Source: a virus (taxonomy: Duplodnaviria > Caudoviricetes). Taken from it: a stretch of 64,000 nt of DNA. Positions 44,901-52,695 of the stretch are shown here, one piece after another; the stretch's first letter is position 1; each line of letters begins with the position of its first letter. Position numbers and translations under genes: made by a program. The stretch covers positions 1,091-65,090 of IMG/VR virus record IMGVR_UViG_3300032329_000245; one strand, given 5' to 3'. Under the pieces are notes generated by a model. The model had not been told where the DNA came from and did not search any database. It saw only the letters and a list, made by a program, of their open reading frames with translations.

Positions 44901-45534
44901 AACAGCTACATCTGCTACAACTGCGTCAAATGCAAATTTGTTAAATAGTATTTCTGCTGTAAACCTATATAACAATATGGGGCAAGCACATGGCACATCA
45001 ACATCATTTGAAGCCGCTGGAAGTGCACTTGCAAGAGACTTTGGTTATCGTTATGTTCAAGGTAGTACAAACGGTCCCGGAACAAATTCAGCCGGCCAAT
45101 ATTATTCTTGGAATATTGGTTTAGGTTCTGAATATGCTTATAATACATATGCCGCACAGTTTGCAATTCCTAGAAATGTGACTACACCTTATTTATCTGT
45201 AAGATATGAAGAAGGAAGTTCTTTAGGGGCTTGGCAAAAAATAGCGGCTGGATATGCGGATACGGCAGGTAACGGTGGAGTAACTTCTATAACTGCGGGT
45301 ACAGGTATAAGTGTTTCAGCGTCTACTGGTGGTATAACAATCACTAACTCATCACCGGGCGGTACAGCAACAGCAGTTCAATTACCTTCAACTAACCCAT
45401 TTGTGCAAAATGCAACAACATTATCTGCTAACTTAACGATTACAGGTTATAACGCTATGGCGGCTGGACCTTTGACTATTAATACTGGTGTAACCCTAAC
45501 CATTGCTACGGGTTATAGAGCGGTAATTGTCTAA
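41956..45534 (+). CDS. Long tail fibre
   Basis: 1192 aa, Thr/Gly/Ser-rich, repeated GTLPVxxGGTG units. Confidence 0.8.
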   Translation: MALVVYDRVQQTGTANTTISFTLSGSVAGYQSFSVVGNGNTTYYAAIDASGNWEVGIGTYATGGTLTRTTILSSSNSGSAVTFSGTVNVFVTYPAGKSINLDASGNSTALGTPVSLTLTNATGLSLTTGVTGTLPVTSGGTGVTASSGANSVMLRDANQNVSINRLNQSSTTTTAAAGTTVLTAASTFSQILSGTGGQTFRLPDATTLTNTTTFEFNNNATGTLTIVDNASGAVGTIASGGAAAIALLSNGTVAGTWDVHAYIPENVQWGTNSLALGSTVITGGTWNGGTISSAYGGTGLTTFTAANNALYSTSAGALAAGTLPVLAGGTGVTTSTGTGSVVLSTSPSLTTPVLGTPSAGTLTNCTGYTTTNLSGSINLTTQVTGTLPVANGGTGVTTSTGTGSVVLGTRPTLTVTGAGFTLQDATDTTKQANFDLSGITTGTTRNYFLPNANNTNLVCTGNINQTLTGTTSFTNTFTVTGTGVTITFGSTTGISTTNIQAGATTSGSTKTINFGTGGVAGSTTTITIGSTTGTSTTNLQGVLQLTGSAGTSGQVLTSQGSASAPVWTTPATGTVTSVTGTSPVVSSGGNTPAISLAASYGDTQNPYASKTANYFLAAPNGAAGAPTFRAIVAADIPTLNQNTTGSAGSVANSLTLATSGTGLSGSATFNGSSAQTFTVTSNATSVNTASTIVARDGSGNFTAGTITATLSGNASTATTATNAQGLTGSPNITVGTVNGTAGGFTSYFYVGSTAASTTAGDITAARSASTGVIYLGSNAAHYLYFDGTNYNLPSGAVIANNITAAGNVTGSSASCTGNAATATSATTATTATNAQGLTGTPNITVGTITGGATTLSGQLAVNNTVYFNTGTGVSQFNDLNIGGVGGWAGGEAHGINTYYGTIASPTIFSRFDTYWDGTNASFRWKNLYYGGPTTATVMSLTATSTTVANLNVTGSITGSSFSGAGTGLTGTASSLSIGGNATTATSATTASNANLLNSISAVNLYNNMGQAHGTSTSFEAAGSALARDFGYRYVQGSTNGPGTNSAGQYYSWNIGLGSEYAYNTYAAQFAIPRNVTTPYLSVRYEEGSSLGAWQKIAAGYADTAGNGGVTSITAGTGISVSASTGGITITNSSPGGTATAVQLPSTNPFVQNATTLSANLTITGYNAMAAGPLTINTGVTLTIATGYRAVIV

Positions 45535-46679
45535 TGTTTGGCATATCAGCTTTTGCTCAAACAACATTTGCTGGATTAGCCGGTGGTCAAAACTTTGCAT
45601 TTTCTATTATTGAAGATTCAGGTTTAGCCGACTCTAGTACGCAGTTAGATGCTTTCTTGTTTAGTTTTACCGACAACATAACCATGAACAATGGTGATCA
45701 AGAGCAACAAAACTTGTATGGTAGCGTTACAGAAAACACGGGTATAGCCGATTCAAGCTCACAACTTTCTGCTTTCTTACAAAGTTTTACAGACCCAATA
45801 ACAATGGCAGAGTCAGAGTCAATTACAGCTCAATTTGCTGTACTTAGAGCAGAGCCAACAACTATGGCGGATTCAAGTGCTCAGTACTTTGCTGCTTTAG
45901 AGTCCGATACTCAAAATGTCAATATGGCAGATGCAAGTAGTCAAGCATCTAGTTTTTTACAAAGTCAAACCGAACCTATTACTGTAGCGGAAAATGAATT
46001 TATAACTGCACAGTTTGCACAAAGCGTAACAGAAGCTACAACTATGGCGGAAGCCGAAGCAATTACAGCCCAATTTGCTCAATCTGTAGCAGAGAATATA
46101 ACGGTGGTTGATGCTCTTTCAATTATTAGTTTGTTCTTCTTGTCTATTGCCGAAAACTTTAACCCTGCTGATGTACGTACAATTACCGCTCAGTTTATAT
46201 CAAGTATTACTGAAAATTTAACTCCTGCCGATGCACCTACAGTCACAGCCCAATTTCCAATAGCCTATACAGAAGCAACAATGTTTATGTTTGACATATC
46301 AAACATTTCTGCCCAATTTGCGGCAAGTGTTGCAGAAGCAGTAACTATGGCTGATATTAAAACTATTCAAGCTTTATTTCTTTTGTCCATTAGTGAAAAT
46401 TCAGAAGTGGCATCAATTCAAGCTATAACGGCTCAATTCCTAGAAATTATTGCCGAAAACATTAATATGGCAGATTTAAGTACACAACAGTCAAATTTTC
46501 TTGATATTATTACAGAAAATATTGTTTTGTTAGCGGCTTATGTGGTTACAGGTTGGGTTAAAATTAATGATAATCAGACGGTGACTTGGGCAAATATTAA
46601 TGACAACCAATCAATAACGTGGAATAATATAAACAATACGCAATCAACGGCTTGGAACTTGATTGATGATTCTCAATAA
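45534..46679 (+). CDS. Acidic 19-aa-repeat tail protein
   Basis: Repeated ITAQFxxSxxExxxMAD units. Confidence 0.65.
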   Translation: MFGISAFAQTTFAGLAGGQNFAFSIIEDSGLADSSTQLDAFLFSFTDNITMNNGDQEQQNLYGSVTENTGIADSSSQLSAFLQSFTDPITMAESESITAQFAVLRAEPTTMADSSAQYFAALESDTQNVNMADASSQASSFLQSQTEPITVAENEFITAQFAQSVTEATTMAEAEAITAQFAQSVAENITVVDALSIISLFFLSIAENFNPADVRTITAQFISSITENLTPADAPTVTAQFPIAYTEATMFMFDISNISAQFAASVAEAVTMADIKTIQALFLLSISENSEVASIQAITAQFLEIIAENINMADLSTQQSNFLDIITENIVLLAAYVVTGWVKINDNQTVTWANINDNQSITWNNINNTQSTAWNLIDDSQ

Positions 46680-46687
46680 GGATTTCT

Positions 46688-48595
46688 ATGTCTACACCTA
46701 CAACTAGTTTACAGTTACAGCAAATTACTACTGGTGATCAGTCAGGTACATGGGGAACATCAACCAATACCAATATGCAGTTGATTGACGATTCAATTGC
46801 AGGTGTTGCAAGCATTACATTTGATGGCATAAATAACTACACATTAAGCACAATTAACTATGCTTCAGATGAAGCCCGTAAATTAGTTATTATTGCTAAC
46901 GGCAGTCCGGGAGCAGCAAACCAAATTGTTGCCCCGCTAGTTACTAAGTTTTATGTTGTTGTAAACAGAACAAATACAGCAATTGTAATAGGTGCAGCTA
47001 CAGGCACCACTGTGTCTATACCTTATACAGCAACACCATCTGCAATGCTTGTTTATTGTGATGGAACTGATTTTAAACCAGCGTCTAATTCAACATCTGG
47101 AACATTTACATCTGATATTTTTAGCGGTGCTGGAACTGGACTTACCGGAACTGCTTCGGCACTTTCCATAGGGGGTAATGCGGCAACTGCTACATTAGCA
47201 ACAAGATCTACCAATATAGCTGGCGGTGCAGCGGGCAATTTACCTTATCAGACTGGATCTAATACAACTGCTTTTTTAAGTTTAGGGACAAATGGATATT
47301 TATTAACTGCGGGCTCAACTGCTCCTCAATATACTAATCCGGCAAGTCTTTCTATAGGAACTGCAACTAATTTAGCTGGTGGTTCAGCTGGATATATACC
47401 GTATCAAACTTCTTCAGGTACTACTTCATTTTTAGCTTTAGGTACAACTAATTATGTTCTTACTGCTGGAGCTTCTGCCCCTCAGTATGTAGCCCAAAGT
47501 ACGCTATCTGTAGGAACTGCGGCAACTGCAAACGCTTTAAATACAAGCAATTCGTATACAGGCGTAAACTTTACAGCAACAGGATATTTTAGTGGCCCCG
47601 GAACAAATCTTACTGGTACGGCTTCTTCTTTAAATATTGGTGGAAATGCTGTAACTGCAACAACTGCAACCAACATAACTGGGGGTGCAATTGGATCTAT
47701 TGTCTATCAAACAGGTTCAGGAGCAACTTCAACATTAGGGTTAGGTACAACTAATTACGTTTTAACAGCGGGCGCAAGTGCTCCGCAATATGTAGCCCAA
47801 TCAACTTTATCCGTAGGAAGTGCAACAACTGCTACAAGTGCCACAACCGCTACCAATTTGGCTAGTGGGGCATCTAATCAAATACTATATCAAACAGGTT
47901 CGGGCGCTACATCATTTATTACTGCGCCAACAATAGGTGTTACTTATTTAGCTTGGAACGGATCGGCATTTTCTTGGGCAGCTGCAGGTGGTTCAAGCAC
48001 AACATATTCTGCAACATTTAATAACGGTGGCTCAGGTGCTGCTTCAGGTACAGCATTTAATAATAGTGCAAACGTAACTATTTCTTACAATACTATTGGT
48101 GCTTCACCACTTGCAGGATCAACAAGTTTAACCACTCTTGGAACAATTAATACTGGTACTTGGCAGGGTTCAGTAATTCAACCCGCATATATTGCTACAC
48201 TAAATCAAAATACTACAGGTAATGCTGCAACTGCAACCAACGCCACAAATGCTACCAACGCAACAAATGCCACTAACGCAACAAATGCTACCTATTCAAC
48301 AAACGTAGCAGGTGGTGCAGCTAATAGAATTCCCTATCAAACAGGATCAAATGCTACAAGTTTTATAACTGCCCCGACTACAGCAAGTACGGCTTTAACT
48401 TGGAACGGCTCTGCATTTGTTTGGGGTAGCACAGGTGGACCTGTAGCTGGTGGTGTTGTTTACGAAAATGGACAAACTATAACAAGTAACTATACAATGA
48501 CAACAAGTAGTAATGGCGTGTCAGCAGGGCCTATTACAGTAAATACAGGTGTAACAGTAACCATACCAACTGGCAGTAGTTGGTCAATCGTATAA
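46688..48595 (+). CDS. Second tail fibre
   Basis: 635 aa; GTWGTSTN N-terminus, YQTG repeats, NATNAT run. Confidence 0.75.
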   Translation: MSTPTTSLQLQQITTGDQSGTWGTSTNTNMQLIDDSIAGVASITFDGINNYTLSTINYASDEARKLVIIANGSPGAANQIVAPLVTKFYVVVNRTNTAIVIGAATGTTVSIPYTATPSAMLVYCDGTDFKPASNSTSGTFTSDIFSGAGTGLTGTASALSIGGNAATATLATRSTNIAGGAAGNLPYQTGSNTTAFLSLGTNGYLLTAGSTAPQYTNPASLSIGTATNLAGGSAGYIPYQTSSGTTSFLALGTTNYVLTAGASAPQYVAQSTLSVGTAATANALNTSNSYTGVNFTATGYFSGPGTNLTGTASSLNIGGNAVTATTATNITGGAIGSIVYQTGSGATSTLGLGTTNYVLTAGASAPQYVAQSTLSVGSATTATSATTATNLASGASNQILYQTGSGATSFITAPTIGVTYLAWNGSAFSWAAAGGSSTTYSATFNNGGSGAASGTAFNNSANVTISYNTIGASPLAGSTSLTTLGTINTGTWQGSVIQPAYIATLNQNTTGNAATATNATNATNATNATNATNATYSTNVAGGAANRIPYQTGSNATSFITAPTTASTALTWNGSAFVWGSTGGPVAGGVVYENGQTITSNYTMTTSSNGVSAGPITVNTGVTVTIPTGSSWSIV

Positions 48596-48604
48596 GGATA
48601 AACT

Positions 48605-49009
48605 ATGGCTGGACAATTAAAAGTAGGAACACTTGATTCAACAGTATCAAACACACCTACAATATTTAATGCTAATGGTACACAGGTTGGTACTTTGTGT
48701 AGAGCTTGGATTTATTTTGGGTATGATGGTGCAACTACAAATAACTACGCTTCATTTAATGTAAGTTCTGTATCAAGAACGGCAACTGGCAATTACACAA
48801 TTAATTTTACTAATGCTTTAAATGATGCTAATTATGCAACTGTTCTTGCTTCAGGGAGTTATAGCTCAAACGTTGGTTTAGGAATTGGTGTAACAATGCC
48901 GTCTACTACAGGAACACCAACTGATAAAACGGCATCTTCGTTAAGTATCACTGTTGCTACTAACATAGCATATGATTCAAACGCTATAAGCGTAGCAATA
49001 TTTAGGTAA
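48605..49009 (+). CDS. Fibre-tip/adhesin-like small protein, paralog 1
   Basis: RAWIYF...FNVSSV..TGNYTINF...ANY. Confidence 0.6.
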   Translation: MAGQLKVGTLDSTVSNTPTIFNANGTQVGTLCRAWIYFGYDGATTNNYASFNVSSVSRTATGNYTINFTNALNDANYATVLASGSYSSNVGLGIGVTMPSTTGTPTDKTASSLSITVATNIAYDSNAISVAIFR

Positions 49010-49018
49010 GGGTAAATA

Positions 49019-49420
49019 ATGGCTGGAACAATGGTTGTAAGCACCTTAAATAATGATACTGGAGTATTAGCTACTCAAAATGGCATGACGGGTATCTGTA
49101 AAGCATGGGTAAGATTTCAAGGTGGTAATGGTAATACTGCGGGGGTTATACTTGATTCATTTAATACAAGCTCTATTACAGTAAATGGTACGGGTGACTA
49201 TACAGTTAATTTTACAACCGCAATGGCAAATGCAAATTATTGTGCAGTAGGATGTGGTGATACTAATAATGGAGTATCTGCTCAACATATAAATGTATTT
49301 TGGAGTGTTGCTTCTAATGCAAGCGTAGCACCAACAACAACCGCTTGTAGAGTTTCAAATACATCAACTGGCGCAGGAACCAATACTGCAAATATTTGTG
49401 TAGCAATTTTTAGTTCATAA
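49019..49420 (+). CDS. Fibre-tip/adhesin-like small protein, paralog 2
   Basis: KAWVRF...FNTSSI..TGDYTVNF...ANY. Confidence 0.6.
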   Translation: MAGTMVVSTLNNDTGVLATQNGMTGICKAWVRFQGGNGNTAGVILDSFNTSSITVNGTGDYTVNFTTAMANANYCAVGCGDTNNGVSAQHINVFWSVASNASVAPTTTACRVSNTSTGAGTNTANICVAIFSS

Positions 49421-49430
49421 AGGATAAATT

Positions 49431-49823
49431 ATGGCAGGAACAATAGTCGCAGATACATTACAAAATGGTTCAAGTGTAAGCACTTCAATGGATAATGCCA
49501 TTTATGGCAGTGCAAAGGCTTGGGTTAATTTTAGTGGTGTAACATCTACATCAATTAGAGCATCATATAATGTAAGTTCAGTTACTTATAATTCAACGGG
49601 AAACTATACAGTCAACTATACAACCGCCTTTGCTGACACAAGCTACGCAACAAGTGGCATATGTAGAAGAAATGGTAGTAATAGTGATATCCATTTAGCA
49701 CTAAGAGGTTCATCGGATAGTGGTGGCGTATTATACTCAACAACTCAAACAGCCTTTACTACTACAACAGGTGGTTTTAGTTTTCAAGATTGTGACATTG
49801 TATGCTGTCAAGCATGGCGTTAA
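49431..49823 (+). CDS. Fibre-tip/adhesin-like small protein, paralog 3
   Basis: KAWVNF...YNVSSV..TGNYTVNY...TSY. Confidence 0.6.
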   Translation: MAGTIVADTLQNGSSVSTSMDNAIYGSAKAWVNFSGVTSTSIRASYNVSSVTYNSTGNYTVNYTTAFADTSYATSGICRRNGSNSDIHLALRGSSDSGGVLYSTTQTAFTTTTGGFSFQDCDIVCCQAWR

Positions 49824-49845
49824 TTAATTTTTAAAGGAGATTTAA

Positions 49846-50235
49846 ATGCAAGTAATTATTCATACAAACGACAATGGTGGAGTTTCAGTTACCGTTCCTA
49901 CAGGTGAATTAGATATTCAAGCTACTAAAATTAAAGATACACCTAGTCATTCAATTATTGTTGATGATTCTATTCTTCCTCAAGGTGCAGATGCTAAGTT
50001 TTTTGATGCTTGGGAGTTATCAGGTTCAACTGTTACAGTTAATTTAGAAAAAGCTAAAGCATTTAAACTTTCTCAATACAATGCACAAGCAACTCAAGAA
50101 GCCCAAAAAAGACAGTTAAACACATTAACAGGTATTACTAATGATGTTTCTGACGTTGACTTTATTGCTAAATTAACTTCTGATAGAACCGCTATTGCTA
50201 ACGCAACAACAACCGCTGAATTACTAGCAATTTAA
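49846..50235 (+). CDS. Tail fibre assembly/chaperone-like protein
   Basis: FFDAW...VNLEKAK...IANATTTAELLAI. Confidence 0.5.
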   Translation: MQVIIHTNDNGGVSVTVPTGELDIQATKIKDTPSHSIIVDDSILPQGADAKFFDAWELSGSTVTVNLEKAKAFKLSQYNAQATQEAQKRQLNTLTGITNDVSDVDFIAKLTSDRTAIANATTTAELLAI

Positions 50236-50245
50236 GGAGTAAGTT

Positions 50246-50791
50246 ATGGCAATGACTATAGACGGATCTAATGGGTTAACATTTCCAAATAGTAGTACAC
50301 AGACGGTAGCAGCTCCGGGTACCTTAGCCACATTACAAAATACAACTAGCGGAACAGCTATTAATTTTACTGGTATACCATCTTCTGCTAAAAGAATTAC
50401 CATGATGTTTAATGGAGTATCAACAAATGGATCAAGTATTCCTATTGTTAGGATTGGTTCGGGCTCTATAGATACTACAGGTTATTTAAGTACGGGCGTT
50501 CAATTAGTTGATGCCGCTACAGTTAATGCACTTACAGACACAACAGGATTTCAAATTAGATATGCAAATGCGTCATTATTTATTAACGGTTCTATTATTT
50601 TAACAACAATGGGCGGTAACATTTGGGTTGTTCAGGGGTGTATGTCTAACTCAGTAGCCGGCACAGGTTATGCTTATATGACTTCAGGTGCAAAAACACT
50701 TTCTGGAGCTCTTGATAGAGTACAGCTTACAACTGTTGGTGGAACTGACACTTTTGATGCTGGTTCAATGAATATTTTGTACGAGTATTAA
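50246..50791 (+). CDS. Tail-associated beta-rich protein
   Basis: INFTGIPSSAKRI...LDRVQLTT...FDAGS. Confidence 0.55.
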   Translation: MAMTIDGSNGLTFPNSSTQTVAAPGTLATLQNTTSGTAINFTGIPSSAKRITMMFNGVSTNGSSIPIVRIGSGSIDTTGYLSTGVQLVDAATVNALTDTTGFQIRYANASLFINGSIILTTMGGNIWVVQGCMSNSVAGTGYAYMTSGAKTLSGALDRVQLTTVGGTDTFDAGSMNILYEY

Positions 50792-50807
50792 GGTAAAAAC
50801 TAAGTGA

Positions 50808-51260
50808 ATGCCAGACATCAATCCGATTGCCGAAGGTGCAAAGTCTTTAGCTGAAAGCCTTAACCAAAGTCGTGAGGCAGGGAAAAGTCTTACCAAAAGC
50901 ATTCAGAACATACAGCATGACGGTGTAGAAGTTGCGCAAGAGCAGTTAGCATCAAGAGATAAACATAGGCAACATGAAGAGGCGATACAAAACTCCATGT
51001 TGTTTAAAGCGGTAAAGGAATATGAAAAGCAAAGCTCTATTATTAAAGCCGAAAATAAAGCTGAAGCAGAATTTAAAGCTAAATATGGTGATAAAGAGTG
51101 GGCTAAAGTTTTAGAATTAAAAGCAGTCGTAGAAAAAGAACACAAAGAAAACGCTAGTTATTATGGGCATAAACTGCGTGATGTTAAGCGTGTTCAGATG
51201 TATTGTTTTTTAGCGGCATTTTTTATAACTTGCTTGTTGTATTATTACGGGCTTGTATGA
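50808..51260 (+). CDS. Coiled-coil protein with C-terminal TM helix
   Basis: 150 aa, upstream of the lysis genes. Confidence 0.55.
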   Translation: MPDINPIAEGAKSLAESLNQSREAGKSLTKSIQNIQHDGVEVAQEQLASRDKHRQHEEAIQNSMLFKAVKEYEKQSSIIKAENKAEAEFKAKYGDKEWAKVLELKAVVEKEHKENASYYGHKLRDVKRVQMYCFLAAFFITCLLYYYGLV

Positions 51261-51424
51261 TATGGATAACGATTTGGTTCATTGTTTACAATATAGAACT
51301 TTTTTTATGGGCGTACATTGTGTACTTGCATTTTGAAGAAAAGATATTGAGGAAGTCTAAAATGAATTTTCCAAAACAAACTAAAGTTGTAGTGCGAACC
51401 AAGAAGGATATTGTCCGTGGATGA
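51257..51424 (+). CDS. Small membrane protein
   Basis: MIWITIWFIVYN...; overlaps the upstream stop. Confidence 0.4.
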   Translation: MIWITIWFIVYNIELFLWAYIVYLHFEEKILRKSKMNFPKQTKVVVRTKKDIVRG

Positions 51425-51495
51425 AGATGTGTTCCGTTGGTGGACAATGTTTGCATTACTTTGTATGATGGCTATTATACTTTTAAAGGAATAGT

Positions 51496-51894
51496 ATGTT
51501 TGGTATAGACGATATTGTTGGCGTAGGGATGAAAATCCTAGATAAAGTTATTCCTGACCCCGCACAAAAAGCACAAGCTGCTTTAGACCTACAAAAGTTA
51601 GCGCAAGACGGACACCTTGCTGACTTGCAAGCCGACATGAATGAACAGAATAACGTTTCAGATCGTTGGAAAGCAGATTTGGGTTCTGACTCTTGGCTTT
51701 CTAAAAACATTCGCCCAATGACTTTGATATTTATTCTGGGTGTTTACACTACCTTTGCAGGATTCTCTGCGTTTAATGTTAATGTTAATCAAGCGTATGT
51801 TGAATTGCTTGGGCAGTGGGGTATGTTAATTATGTCTGCCTATTTTGGTGGTAGAACACTTGAAAAGATTATGGCTAAGAAAGGTGATAAATGA
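51496..51894 (+). CDS. Holin (3TM / GTA-holin-like)
   Basis: KVIPDP..KA.A...DSWLSKNIRP...AYFGGRTLEK. Confidence 0.75.
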   Translation: MFGIDDIVGVGMKILDKVIPDPAQKAQAALDLQKLAQDGHLADLQADMNEQNNVSDRWKADLGSDSWLSKNIRPMTLIFILGVYTTFAGFSAFNVNVNQAYVELLGQWGMLIMSAYFGGRTLEKIMAKKGDK

Positions 51895-52106
51895 ATACTA
51901 AAGAACATGTAATGATAATTGCAGCTTGGTCATTGGTCGCAGTTATTATTGGTATGCTACTTATGTTTGCATATGCGGTGATTGATCCTAACTTTGACAC
52001 AGATAAAGTATTTCAGATTATTGGACCAGCATTTCAAACCGTCATTGGTGGATTTATTGGATTAATTACAGGGATTAAAATAGGAAGCGATGATGATAAC
52101 AAGTGA
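51891..52106 (+). CDS. Two-TM membrane protein in the lysis cassette
   Basis: Two hydrophobic helices; GPAFQTVIGGFIG. Confidence 0.55.
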   Translation: MNTKEHVMIIAAWSLVAVIIGMLLMFAYAVIDPNFDTDKVFQIIGPAFQTVIGGFIGLITGIKIGSDDDNK

Positions 52107-52692
52107 ACAGTTAACTAAGTTAGGCATTGATACCAAATGGTTAGAGCCACTAAATGATACTTTTGCTAAGTTTGAAATCAACACACCTGCAAGAATGGCT
52201 AGTTTTATTGGGCAATGCAAACATGAGTCAGGTAACTTTAATCATTTAGAAGAAAACCTTAACTATTCTGCCATTAGATTAACTCAAGTATTCCCAGCTC
52301 GTTTTACGCTTGCTAAAGCACAAGATGCAGTTGCTAAAGGTAAGGCAGCTATTGCCGAGGGGATGTATGGTAAACGTGCTGATTTAGGCAATACTAAAGA
52401 CGGTGATGGTGGTTTATTTTTTGGAAGAGGTTTGATCCAATTGACTGGTCGTGCTAACTATACTTCTTTTGCTACTGCCATTGGTAAGCCTGAAATTATT
52501 GAACATCCTGAATTGGTGGCAACACCCGAATATGCTTGCTTAAGTGCTGGTTGGTTTTGGTCTACAAGAAAGCTAAATGCTCTTGCAGATAGCGCAGACT
52601 ATACAACAATGACTAAACGTATCAATGGTGGTACATTAGGACTTGCGGAACGTGAAGCAAACATTAAAAAAGTATTAGCCGTGTTAGGGTAA
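52090..52692 (+). CDS. Glycoside hydrolase family 19 endolysin
   Basis: FIGQCKHESG, GRGLIQLTGRANY, SAGWFW, INGG. Confidence 0.9.
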   Translation: MMITSEQLTKLGIDTKWLEPLNDTFAKFEINTPARMASFIGQCKHESGNFNHLEENLNYSAIRLTQVFPARFTLAKAQDAVAKGKAAIAEGMYGKRADLGNTKDGDGGLFFGRGLIQLTGRANYTSFATAIGKPEIIEHPELVATPEYACLSAGWFWSTRKLNALADSADYTTMTKRINGGTLGLAEREANIKKVLAVLG

Positions 52693-52695
52693 ACC

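Noticed and set aside
48605-49823. Diversity-generating retroelement or invertible tail-fibre cassette
   Set aside because: No reverse transcriptase, no near-identical TR/VR pair with A-specific mismatches, no invertase, and all copies are co-oriented.
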